From a virus, in IMG/VR virus record IMGVR_UViG_3300037193_002766, positions 1 through 60,911 of that record: a stretch of 60,911 bases of DNA; one strand, 5' to 3'. The notes beneath the pieces are model-generated. The model was not told the DNA's origin. It made no database searches and saw only the letters and a list, made by a program, of their open reading frames with translations. Both the position numbers and the translations under genes were made by a program. Below, in pieces: positions 40,109-48,215 of this stretch (its first letter is position 1; each line of letters starts with the position of its first letter).

Positions 40109-41686
40109 TCAGGATCCCACGGCTTCGACGCGGTAGCGCCAGGTCGCGGTGCGGGTCTTACCGCGGGTGAGCCGCAGGTGCTGCCCGGCTTCGTTCGTTC
40201 CCAGCACGGCGCCGCGCTTGCCGGACAGCAGCCGGCCGAGCGACTTCGGGCTGGTGAAGTGGTCGATACCAAGCGGGAGTTCGGAGATGGTCTTGGTGTG
40301 CTGCTCGCGCAGGACCTTGAGCAGCTCGCTGGCCGTGACGCCTTCGACAGGCACGTCGCCGTTCTCTTCGAGCTGGGCGTAGGTGAGGGCGAACTGCTCC
40401 CACAGCTGCGACTCCTCGTCGACCTGGTCGAGCTGTTCTTCGCGGCCGTGCATGAGGCCTTCGACTCCGGCGTTGCGGAGGATGCCGTCGATCACCCGCG
40501 TCCAGGCCTCGAAGGAGGGGAGCACGGCTTCGCCGTCGGGCATGCCGGCGGCGATCCACGCTTGGACGAGGGTGGCGAGGGCGGCCTGGATGTTGCCGCG
40601 GTTCTTGGTGGCCCAGCGGTCGAGGTCCTTGTGCCGCCAGGCGTTGTAGTCGCGGGGGTGCGGCTCGATGCGGATGATCATCGAGCGGCGGGACATCTCG
40701 GCGGACATGCTCATGCCGTTGCCGGTGATGACCCAGGCGGCCGGTGAGGCGAGTTCGATGTTGTCCGAGGTGCCGAGGATGCGTGCTTCCCAGGCGGGGT
40801 AGGCGGTGACGGCGGCGGCGAAGGTTCCGGAGTCGACGACGTCGTTGACGTTGTCGAAGATCATGACGGCGCGGCCCTTGCGGGCCTGGGAGACGAGCGC
40901 CTTGGCCCACTCGTCGGCGTTGGTCGGCGCGGTGGGCAGGGTGGCGTCGCCGATGGCGTGGCCGGTGACCATCTTGGTGAGCTTGGTTTTGCCGGATCCG
41001 GCGCTGGGGGCGTCGAACACGTAGAGCGGCCGGGGACCGTTGATCAGCTCGGAGACGAGCGGGGTCAGCATGAGGCCGAGGACCGCGGGCAGGTCGCCGA
41101 CGGGGTTGGTGAACAGGAAGTCGCCGAGCAGTTCTTCACGGAGCAGCTGCAGCGCGGCCTGGACCTCGTCGCCGGTGGGGTTCTCGGGGACAGGCGGGAG
41201 GTAGAGGCCGGCTTCGGGGGCGTAGTAGGTGCTGGTTTCGGGGATGTAGCCGGGGCGATCGTGGTAGGCGCCGTCGGCGTCGAAGACGGGGCACATGGTG
41301 ACCTGCTTGAGCCGCGGCACGCTGAGTGCGTGGGCGCGGTCGTAGAGGCCGGAGAGGTCGTCGAGGGAGGGCTTGGCGGGCATCATCGCGTAGCCCTTCT
41401 TCGCGTCGAGCTTGACGGTTTCGACCATCGCGACGACTCGGCTGCGGAACGCGCTGGCCGTCATGTCCCGAAGGGACGGTGCCTCGCCGTCGCGGCCGGG
41501 GTCGACCTCGACGAGGCGTCCGCCGCGGATGTAGACGAGCGGGTTGCCGTTGAGGTCGTTGCGTTCGCGGATGTGCCTGGTGAGTTCGACCTCCAGTTCG
41601 TGGAGGTCCCTGTCGCTGATCACGACTCGTGGCCTGTCCGTCTCGTCGGGTTCTGGTGCGGGCACCGGTGCGAGGTGCGTGGTCAT
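40109..41686 (-). CDS. SF3-type replicative NTPase/helicase (P4 alpha / VirE C-terminal-like)
   Basis: 525 aa. Walker A APSAGSGKTK, Walker B VMIFDNV. Confidence 0.65.
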   Translation of the reverse strand: MTTHLAPVPAPEPDETDRPRVVISDRDLHELEVELTRHIRERNDLNGNPLVYIRGGRLVEVDPGRDGEAPSLRDMTASAFRSRVVAMVETVKLDAKKGYAMMPAKPSLDDLSGLYDRAHALSVPRLKQVTMCPVFDADGAYHDRPGYIPETSTYYAPEAGLYLPPVPENPTGDEVQAALQLLREELLGDFLFTNPVGDLPAVLGLMLTPLVSELINGPRPLYVFDAPSAGSGKTKLTKMVTGHAIGDATLPTAPTNADEWAKALVSQARKGRAVMIFDNVNDVVDSGTFAAAVTAYPAWEARILGTSDNIELASPAAWVITGNGMSMSAEMSRRSMIIRIEPHPRDYNAWRHKDLDRWATKNRGNIQAALATLVQAWIAAGMPDGEAVLPSFEAWTRVIDGILRNAGVEGLMHGREEQLDQVDEESQLWEQFALTYAQLEENGDVPVEGVTASELLKVLREQHTKTISELPLGIDHFTSPKSLGRLLSGKRGAVLGTNEAGQHLRLTRGKTRTATWRYRVEAVGS

Positions 41687-42282
41687 GCGACACCGGTCCG
41701 GGAGGTGTCGGTGACGGTGGGGGCGTCGGCGCCAGTGGCGCGGCGGTGCCGACGCCAGAGGTCACCGAGCGCCGCGCGGTCGCCCAGTTCTTGCTCGAAC
41801 TCGGGAAGGCCGCGTTCCTCAGCGGCTTGGGTGATGCGGATGGCGTACTCGATTCCGGCTCGTCGGTAGGCCTGCTCAAGAACGACTCCGGCGAGCCACG
41901 CGGCGTTGGACACCGCGGCGTGGAACTTCGCGTCGATGAGCCTGTCGGTGAGCAGCTGGAGGTTCGGGGTGCTGATGCCCACGGTTTGGGCGTGGGCGAG
42001 CACGGTGGCGCACGTAGGGGTGACGCCGTGGGCGACGAGGTCGCGGATGAGGGCGAGTGCGTGCTGCTCAACCTGGCCGTCGAGGTCTTCGTCGCGGACG
42101 AGCTCGAGCAGCGGGGTGATCTCGGCGGGCGGCATGTTGAGCAGGCAGCCGACGAATTCGGTACTGGCGGAGAGGATCGCGGGGCCGGAGCAGGAGGTGC
42201 GGGGGTCTGCGCGGGCGATGGGGCCGCGCGCGTTGTGAGTCGCGGCGGAGGTGTCCCGCTCGGTGCGGTTGGTGCTTGTCAC
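41683..42282 (-). CDS. DnaB N-terminal-domain-like protein
   Basis: 199 aa. FVGCLLNMPPAEITPLLELVRDEDLDG...ALIRDLVAHG pattern. Confidence 0.5.
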   Translation of the reverse strand: MTSTNRTERDTSAATHNARGPIARADPRTSCSGPAILSASTEFVGCLLNMPPAEITPLLELVRDEDLDGQVEQHALALIRDLVAHGVTPTCATVLAHAQTVGISTPNLQLLTDRLIDAKFHAAVSNAAWLAGVVLEQAYRRAGIEYAIRITQAAEERGLPEFEQELGDRAALGDLWRRHRRATGADAPTVTDTSRTGVA

Positions 42283-42362
42283 GGTTCACCTCGGGTGGTT
42301 GGGCGCGGTGCGCGGTGCTGGGGTGCGGCCGGGCCGTGGGGGAGCCGGTCCGGCCGCACGGG

Positions 42363-42530
42363 CTAGCTGTGGTGCGGTGTGCGGTGCAGTGAGACGAGTT
42401 CGTCGAGGTCGACTTCCCAGCCGGGGTGGGTCGGTGTTTCGCGGTGGCGGCCGGGGTTGCCGGCGACGGCCATCTGGTGGTGGTAGGCCACGGCAATGAG
42501 GAGGAAAGCGGCGAGCAGTGCCGCGATCAC
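42363..42530 (-). CDS. Small membrane protein
   Basis: 55 aa from GTG 42530 (GTGA coupling). VIAALLAAFLLIAVAY TM segment. Confidence 0.45.
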   Translation of the reverse strand: MIAALLAAFLLIAVAYHHQMAVAGNPGRHRETPTHPGWEVDLDELVSLHRTPHHS

Positions 42531-43015
42531 GCGGCACGCTCCGGGTCGAACAACGCACGTCCCGAGCGAAGCCTGTTCCGCGACTGGTTCAGGCCGATGA
42601 TCTCCAGCCGAAGCACGTCGCGTGCGGCGCGCGGGTCGTAGTCCGGCCCGAACCACGGGAAGGGGTCTTCGCATCGCCCGAAGTCGAGGTGCTCCTGGAG
42701 TTCGAGGGCGATCTGGGCCTGCGCCTGCTTGATGCGGAGGAAAGGCTGCAGGTCGGAGATGACCTGGACGGCGTTGACGCCGTGCCGCACCCACTGGAAC
42801 TGCGGCCTGTGCTCGGGGTTCTTCGGGGTGAAGCACCCGACGTTCCCGCCCCAGATCGACGCCGCGAGGTCGTGGGGCTGGCGTCGAGTCCCCGCGATGC
42901 CGACCTGTGCGGCGTGGTACGCAACGCCCTTCCGGACGGAACGAGTGATCGTGATGTAGCCGTCGCTGTCGATGACGCCAGCGAGGTAGGCGAGGTCGAG
43001 AGGATCAGGCGACAT
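42527..43015 (-). CDS. LAGLIDADG-type homing endonuclease-like protein
   Basis: 162 aa from ATG 43015. LAYLAGVIDSDGYITI motif. Confidence 0.7.
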   Translation of the reverse strand: MSPDPLDLAYLAGVIDSDGYITITRSVRKGVAYHAAQVGIAGTRRQPHDLAASIWGGNVGCFTPKNPEHRPQFQWVRHGVNAVQVISDLQPFLRIKQAQAQIALELQEHLDFGRCEDPFPWFGPDYDPRAARDVLRLEIIGLNQSRNRLRSGRALFDPERAA

Positions 43016-43377
43016 CAGAACGGCTCCTTGGCAGTGGCGAGGTGGACGTCGTGGAACCAGTTGAGGACCAGGTCGAGTGGCGGATCGATCACCATGCGGC
43101 CGGGCCGTCCGCGCTCGAACGAGAACAACGCGTCGCCGGCCGCCACGCTCACACTCCGATCGCGGGCTTGTGCGAGCTGCCGGGTGGCGTCGTTGGCGAG
43201 GAACCTTCCGATGCCGGGCATGACCTCCTCGGCCTGTCGGACCTGAGGGCAGGTCGGGCACTCCGGGCAGCACGGCGTGCAGTCGGCCGGGTCGCAGCAC
43301 AACTTGTGACGTCCAGCGGCGTGGTCGCCGCAGCAGTGCGTCACCGCGCCCAGCGGCACCAGCGCGGCCGCGGTCAT
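43015..43377 (-). CDS. Hypothetical protein with extremely Cys-dense N terminus
   Basis: 120 aa. HCCGDHAAGRHKLCCDPADCTPCCPECPTCP. Confidence 0.6.
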   Translation of the reverse strand: MTAAALVPLGAVTHCCGDHAAGRHKLCCDPADCTPCCPECPTCPQVRQAEEVMPGIGRFLANDATRQLAQARDRSVSVAAGDALFSFERGRPGRMVIDPPLDLVLNWFHDVHLATAKEPF

Positions 43378-44240
43378 TGCTCGTCCTCAGGTGTGACCAC
43401 CTCGGCGTCGATGACGTCGCTGTCCTCCAGGAGCGCGCCGCTGACGTCGATGGGCTCGCCGTTCGGACCGGTCGGCGCGGGCGCGAACGATTCGGTCTCG
43501 CCCACGACGTCCTGTACGGCACGGAGCTGCTCGCGTCGGTACTCCGCGCTGGTCGGCACCCACTTCGCGAGCTGTCGCACGGCGGACTTCAGCCACATCG
43601 CGGCCTCGTGCTTCTGCCACGGTGAGTACTCGGTGTGCGAACCCTGCGACGACTTCTTGATCGTCTCGATCGCGGCCTTGTTCAACACCACGACCTTCGA
43701 CGTCGCGCCGTCCTTCATGACCGCGTAGGCGTAGACCAGGCGCAGCGTGCCCCGGTCGTCGGCGTCCCAGTCGATGTGGTGCACCGGCCGCTCATCGACA
43801 CCAGGCTGGAACCGGAATTCGTCCTTGGAGTACACGCACTCCGCGACCACCGAGGAGATGGCGCCCGCCCGGTACATCAGCTCGATGTAGCCCTGGTAGC
43901 CGACGATGCCCAGGATCTCCAGCTGGCCGCCCTTCTTTCGCGGCGTGAGGTAGTACTGCTCAGTGCCGGGCTCCAGGCCGAGCCGTGCGGCCTCCAGGAG
44001 CGAGGCGAGGAACAACGTCGGGTTGTTGTTCGCGGCCAACTCCAGCTCGGTGACCGTTTGACCGGTCTGCGGGTTCCGGACTCGCTTGCCCTTCTTCAGG
44101 GCGCCCTGTGCGAGCCGGACCCAGGTGGCGGGCTTGACGTGTGAGGGCAGCACGGCGGCGAAGTCGTTGCGGTAGTCCGCCACAAGGGCGCGTGGCGAGT
44201 TGTCGCGCTGGGCGACAGCGGTGGAGATGGTCTCGGTCAT
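43374..44240 (-). CDS. recT: RecT-family single-strand annealing protein
   Basis: 288 aa from ATG 44240. The ORF-track N-terminal 199 aa is an Arg-rich shadow. Confidence 0.85.
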   Translation of the reverse strand: MTETISTAVAQRDNSPRALVADYRNDFAAVLPSHVKPATWVRLAQGALKKGKRVRNPQTGQTVTELELAANNNPTLFLASLLEAARLGLEPGTEQYYLTPRKKGGQLEILGIVGYQGYIELMYRAGAISSVVAECVYSKDEFRFQPGVDERPVHHIDWDADDRGTLRLVYAYAVMKDGATSKVVVLNKAAIETIKKSSQGSHTEYSPWQKHEAAMWLKSAVRQLAKWVPTSAEYRREQLRAVQDVVGETESFAPAPTGPNGEPIDVSGALLEDSDVIDAEVVTPEDEQ

Positions 44241-45142
44241 CAGGCGGCGCTCACTTTCAGGCCCGCGGTCTTGCGGGTGGTGGCTTGGAGGTGGGGCAGG
44301 TTGTCGCCCTTGGCGATGCGCATGGCGATCTGGTCGCCGTCGAAGAAGGCGCGGCGGGCGTTGCCCATGAAGTCGGCGAGCACGGATCCGGCGCGTTGCT
44401 TCTCGGCCTTGGCCTTCTTGTAGGCCTCGTTCGCGTCGAGGTACGGGACGGCGATGGTGCCGGGAACGTCGACTCGAACGTCCTCGATGTCGGGGTGCAG
44501 CTCGCGGACGATGGCGTAGGTCGCGTCGTGATCGTCGATGCTCGGCCGTTCGCGGCGCTCGACGGTGCCGAGGAATGCGAGTGCGCGTTCGCGCATGAAC
44601 TCGGCTTCTTCGGCGGAGGCGGTTACTTGGTACTCGCGGTACTCGGAGCCGCCGATGAGCACGGCCAGGTGGCACAGGTCCAGGCCGAACACGTCGAGGT
44701 ACCAGAGGACCTGGGCGCGGTAGTAGACCGGGATCTCGTCGGTGCCTTCTTCGCCCCATCCGTCGTCGGTGCGCGCGGTTTTCGCTTCGAAGAGCAGGCG
44801 GTCGCCGATCAGGCCGTCCGGGTTGGCGATCTGCCACGGGCGGTCGACGTGGCGCCAGGTACCAGCCTCGACGGCGTTGAGTCCGTCGTCAGCGTGGCGG
44901 CGGTTGAACTCCTCGCGGATCGTTCGTTCGAGGAGTTTGCCCCAGTACATGACGTCGTTCTCGGCGGTGGGGGCGGCGAGTCCTGCCTTGCGGTGCCAGA
45001 GACTGAACAGCGATTCCCAGGGGGAGAGGCCGAGGACGGGGGCGATCTCGCTGCCGCCGAGTCCGTTGGCGCGGGCGGCGTGCCACTCGGGTGAGCCGAC
45101 AGCGAAGTGGCCGACGAGCTCGGCGGCGTTCAGGCGGTTCAT
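44240..45142 (-). CDS. YqaJ/lambda-exonuclease-like recombination exonuclease
   Basis: 300 aa from ATG 45142. GGSEIAPVLGLSPWES and FEAKT motifs. Confidence 0.8.
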   Translation of the reverse strand: MNRLNAAELVGHFAVGSPEWHAARANGLGGSEIAPVLGLSPWESLFSLWHRKAGLAAPTAENDVMYWGKLLERTIREEFNRRHADDGLNAVEAGTWRHVDRPWQIANPDGLIGDRLLFEAKTARTDDGWGEEGTDEIPVYYRAQVLWYLDVFGLDLCHLAVLIGGSEYREYQVTASAEEAEFMRERALAFLGTVERRERPSIDDHDATYAIVRELHPDIEDVRVDVPGTIAVPYLDANEAYKKAKAEKQRAGSVLADFMGNARRAFFDGDQIAMRIAKGDNLPHLQATTRKTAGLKVSAA

Positions 45143-45909
45143 GCTGCGGGCCCGCTCTCGGCGTAGGGGATCAGCGGCCACTCGCGGTTGATGTGGACGG
45201 CGGCGATCTCGGCCTCGGACTCGCCGGCCGCGGCCTTGGTGCGGCGCACGTAGCCCTCGTAGTTGTCGGCCCACGCCCGGTGCCAGGCTCGCTGGGCGCC
45301 CCACAGTGAGCGCAGGTCGCGGCGGCCGACCTTCACGGCGTGACGCTTGGCCTGGGCGGTGAGCACGCGACCGGCGGCTTCGGCGTCGGCGGCGCTGTTG
45401 TGCGCGTTGATCAGCGTGACGCCGTAGAACTGGCACATGTCCGGGAGCTTGCGAGGGCCCTTGCGGTAGCGGTCGACGCCGCGGTCAATCACGAGCGGGT
45501 CCAGAACCGGACCGGTGATCTTCAGCTCGCGGTCGTGGTGGCGGCGCAGCTCGCGGTCGGTGGCGGTGAGGTCGTAACAGGCGTTGAACGCGACGACCGG
45601 CAGACCGCGGGTCCAGGCGGCTTCCAGGTCGTCGAGCACGAGCAGCGCGACCTCGGCGGCGGGCTGGCCGTGCGTGCGGGCGTACTCGGTGGTGATGCCG
45701 TGGACCTCGGTGGCTTCGGCGGGGATCTCGACGCCGGGGTCGGCGAGGTAGCTCTTGTGGGCGGCGATGGTGCCGTCGACCGGGTTCAGCCAGAGGGTGT
45801 CCGCGGTGACGATGCGGGCCGTGGTGGGGTCGGGTCCGGTGGTTTCGAGGTCGAAGCACACGAGGTAGTTCTGGTGCCACGCGCTCTTAGTGGTTTCAGT
45901 GCTGGTCAA
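45139..45909 (-). CDS. DnaQ-like DEDD 3-prime to 5-prime exonuclease
   Basis: 256 aa, TTG start. CFDLETTG Exo I motif and HNSAADAEA Exo III-like motif. Confidence 0.8.
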   Translation of the reverse strand: MTSTETTKSAWHQNYLVCFDLETTGPDPTTARIVTADTLWLNPVDGTIAAHKSYLADPGVEIPAEATEVHGITTEYARTHGQPAAEVALLVLDDLEAAWTRGLPVVAFNACYDLTATDRELRRHHDRELKITGPVLDPLVIDRGVDRYRKGPRKLPDMCQFYGVTLINAHNSAADAEAAGRVLTAQAKRHAVKVGRRDLRSLWGAQRAWHRAWADNYEGYVRRTKAAAGESEAEIAAVHINREWPLIPYAESGPAA

Positions 45910-45971
45910 AACAATCAGGCCTTCCGGTGCCAGGGGTGCGAGCGGAAGCGGTGAAAAGTGCTGGTGAGCGG

Positions 45972-46439
45972 CTACGAGGCGCGGTGCGCGGGCTGGTAGC
46001 GGATCGGCTCGTCGTGACCAGCGAGGTAGTCGAGGATCACGTGGCCAGGCAGGAACAGCCGGGTGCCTCGGCGCTCTGCCGTGATCTTGGCGTCAGTGCC
46101 GTGGGTGAGGCGGTGCGCGATCTGGTACGGCACGCCGAGGAATGCGGCGAGGTTCTTGAGGAAGTACTCGCGGTCCGGATCGATGACCCGTCGCGGGTCG
46201 GTGATCCCGTCAGGCGTGCGGCCGAGGATGTCGACGATGGTCGCGCCGCTGACGAGGTACTGCTTGCCGGTGTTGCGGGTCGGCAGCTCCCCGTTGCGGA
46301 TCAACCGCCACACAGTGGACGGTGAGGCGTCGAAGACCTCGATCGTTTTCTCCGCGCTGTAGGCGACCTGCGGAACGTCCTGGTCGGCGTTGCCGAACAG
46401 GATGGTGCGGATCACCGACGGCGTGCTGGGGGTGCTCAT
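45972..46439 (-). CDS. Excisionase/MerR-type HTH DNA-binding protein
   Basis: 155 aa. STVWRLIRNGELP. Confidence 0.55.
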   Translation of the reverse strand: MSTPSTPSVIRTILFGNADQDVPQVAYSAEKTIEVFDASPSTVWRLIRNGELPTRNTGKQYLVSGATIVDILGRTPDGITDPRRVIDPDREYFLKNLAAFLGVPYQIAHRLTHGTDAKITAERRGTRLFLPGHVILDYLAGHDEPIRYQPAHRAS

Positions 46440-46783
46440 GCCACCTCCTGTGCCGTCTTCGACCGCGGGCCGGGCAGGGCTGCGGTGGCGTGCTCGATGC
46501 GCTCGCTGAGGACGGCCACCTGCTCGCGGAGGTCATCGAGCTGCTCCTCAGCGGCCGGGTTGTCGGCGAAGTCGGCGCGCAGTTTGTCGGCCGGGATGCC
46601 GAGCGCCTTGGCGAGGCGGACGACGGTCCGCGGCCGAGGCCGGCGGCGGCCCGCTTCGAGGTGCTGCACGCCGGACTCGGACATGCCGGCGCGTTGGGCG
46701 AGCTCGGCGAGCGAGAGTCCGGCCTTGGTGCGGTAGTGGCGGAGGCTGTGCCACCGGGGCGGTGGCGCGGTGGGCGGGTTCAT
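46436..46783 (-). CDS. Cro-like XRE-family HTH regulator, probably leaderless
   Basis: 115 aa. LSLAELAQRAGMSESGVQHLEAG. The ATG lies 7 nt after the TAATGT -10-like hexamer of promoter copy B, with no SD. Confidence 0.75.
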   Translation of the reverse strand: MNPPTAPPPRWHSLRHYRTKAGLSLAELAQRAGMSESGVQHLEAGRRRPRPRTVVRLAKALGIPADKLRADFADNPAAEEQLDDLREQVAVLSERIEHATAALPGPRSKTAQEVA

Positions 46784-46786
46784 GCC

Positions 46787-46821
46787 GCCTACATTACGCC
46801 TACAAAACGCCTACAAACAAG
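46787..46821 (-). promoter_or_regulatory. 35-bp promoter/operator cassette, copy B (identical to 37837-37871)
   Basis: Exact repeat read directly. Lies in the divergent CI/Cro-like intergenic region. Confidence 0.65.
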
Positions 46822-46894
46822 GGTTGGGTCGATCTTGTTGCTCCACCTGCCCTAACCGGGCGTGACACGGCCTACCAGGGCGTAGCGGTCTGCG

Positions 46895-47422
46895 ATGCTT
46901 TGCGGGACGATGCGCCCCATGAGCGACACGGCACACGAGTGGCCCCTGGGAGAACGCGTGCGTGAGGCGCGCGGCGAGGAGTCGCACAAGTCGGTCGCTC
47001 GCCGCGCCGGGATCGGGGCGGAGACGGTCTGGCAGATCGAGAACGGGCGGCGCCGCGCCGTCGGGCCATTCAGTCGGCCTAAGCCGGACACGATCGCGAA
47101 GCTCGCGCGGGCGCTGGGCATCCCCGTCTCGGAGGCGCTGACCCTCGCCGGGTACAACCCGGAGAACTACGTCAACCTGCTGGACGAGGGTGTCGAAACG
47201 GCGCTGGCCCGGAAGATGGCGAAGCTTCAGCCGGAAGAGCAGCGGGCTCTCGAGATCCTCGTCGACGGCCTGCTGGTGGCACGCGGGCACATGAGTGCCG
47301 GGGGCGGCGCCACGGTCGACGTCGTGGTGCGGTCCGCTGGGGAAGAAGTCAAGACCGACGTCCAGTCTCACGGCGAACCGGTCAACGGTGCGGTGCCGTC
47401 GCGGCAGCCGCAGGAGGACTAG
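46895..47422 (+). CDS. CI-like XRE-family HTH repressor candidate
   Basis: 175 aa, with alternative starts at 46910 and 46919. SVARRAGIGAETVWQIENG. Divergent from the cro-like gene. Confidence 0.7.
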   Translation: MLCGTMRPMSDTAHEWPLGERVREARGEESHKSVARRAGIGAETVWQIENGRRRAVGPFSRPKPDTIAKLARALGIPVSEALTLAGYNPENYVNLLDEGVETALARKMAKLQPEEQRALEILVDGLLVARGHMSAGGGATVDVVVRSAGEEVKTDVQSHGEPVNGAVPSRQPQED

Positions 47423-47694
47423 CTGGCAGTGCGGCGCCGGCGCTGCGTTCGGGAGTCTTCGATCGCGTCGGCGAGAATGCCGCGCTCGGTGCTGGGGTCC
47501 AGCTCTCCGTACGGGTAGATGCGGTGAATGTCGTACCGCTTGCCGTTCTCGTCCTCGGTGAAGGTTTGCACCACGGTGACGCAGTGCGTAATGACGGTGG
47601 TCGAGTCGAGTTTTCCGGCTTGTCTTAATGCCTCGGCAACGCCGTCACCAAGGGTGAGGTGGGAACTGCTCTCGCGGTCCATGCTCTCCGTCAT
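47419..47694 (-). CDS. Hypothetical protein between repressor and attP
   Basis: 91 aa from ATG 47694, preceded by GGGGGA. The ORF track extends to 47757. Confidence 0.5.
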   Translation of the reverse strand: MTESMDRESSSHLTLGDGVAEALRQAGKLDSTTVITHCVTVVQTFTEDENGKRYDIHRIYPYGELDPSTERGILADAIEDSRTQRRRRTAS

Positions 47695-47894
47695 CGTTCT
47701 GGTCCCCCGGCGGCTTTGGATGGCTTCGGGCTGGAATGTGGGTTCGAGGCATTCCACCTAAGCAGGACCACTCTGAGGATGCGAACCGCTTCGATGGTTG
47801 ATCGTTCGTGTTCCCCCTATCGGGCTAGTGGTCGAGGTGGGGCACTGCGATCTTCGGTGCTACTTCGTCGATCGGCGCAACTAGTTGCGGGCGC

Positions 47895-48043
47895 AATCGT
47901 TTGTCAGAACATGATCGTTCCAAACGATTACCCAACGCCTACAAGCAAGAACGTGCGGTAGGTTAGCGCAAGCGTGCACACGGTCAACGCAACGGACACG
48001 CAACTCTGGGGCAGGTCAACGCGACACTGTCGCGGATCAACGG
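47895..48043. promoter_or_regulatory. attP left arm with repeat elements (candidate arm-type sites)
   Basis: 9-bp inverted repeat AATCGTTTG/CAAACGATT (47895-47903 and 47921-47929). CCCAACGCCTAC at 47931-47942. [G/A]TCAACG-containing repeats starting at 47982, 48014 and 48035. Confidence 0.5.
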
Positions 48044-48084
48044 AACGTAACCGTAAGTGAGCAAAAGATGGAACGCACACCCGT

Positions 48085-48117
48085 CCAGTCTGGGTTCGAC
48101 TCCCAGTGGGGGCACAA
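48085..48117 (+). other. Putative attP core: 3-prime fragment of a tRNA gene
   Basis: T arm CTGGG-TTCGACT-CCCAG (48090-48106), acceptor strand TGGGGGC (48107-48113), discriminator A. About 100 bp upstream of the integrase start. Confidence 0.65.
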
Positions 48118-48127
48118 GAAACCGCAG

Positions 48128-48196
48128 GTAGGCGGGCTAGACACCCGCCTACAAAGCGCCTACATTGGTCGCACCCAACGAAAACCCAACGCTTAC
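48128..48196. promoter_or_regulatory. attP right arm / int control region
   Basis: Inverted repeat GTAGGCGGG-7 nt-CCCGCCTAC (48128-48152). GCCTACA boxes at 48147 and 48158, 11 bp apart. CCCAACG at 48174 and CCCAACGCTTAC at 48185. Confidence 0.55.
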
Positions 48197-48215
48197 GCGA
48201 GGTCGGGGGTGCACC

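Noticed and set aside
44241-44837. N-terminal 199-aa extension of the RecT ORF (start at 44837), and the similar extension of the exonuclease ORF to 45436
   Set aside because: Both are Arg/Pro-rich and overlap the upstream genes in other frames. The internal ATGs show stop/start coupling with those upstream genes.
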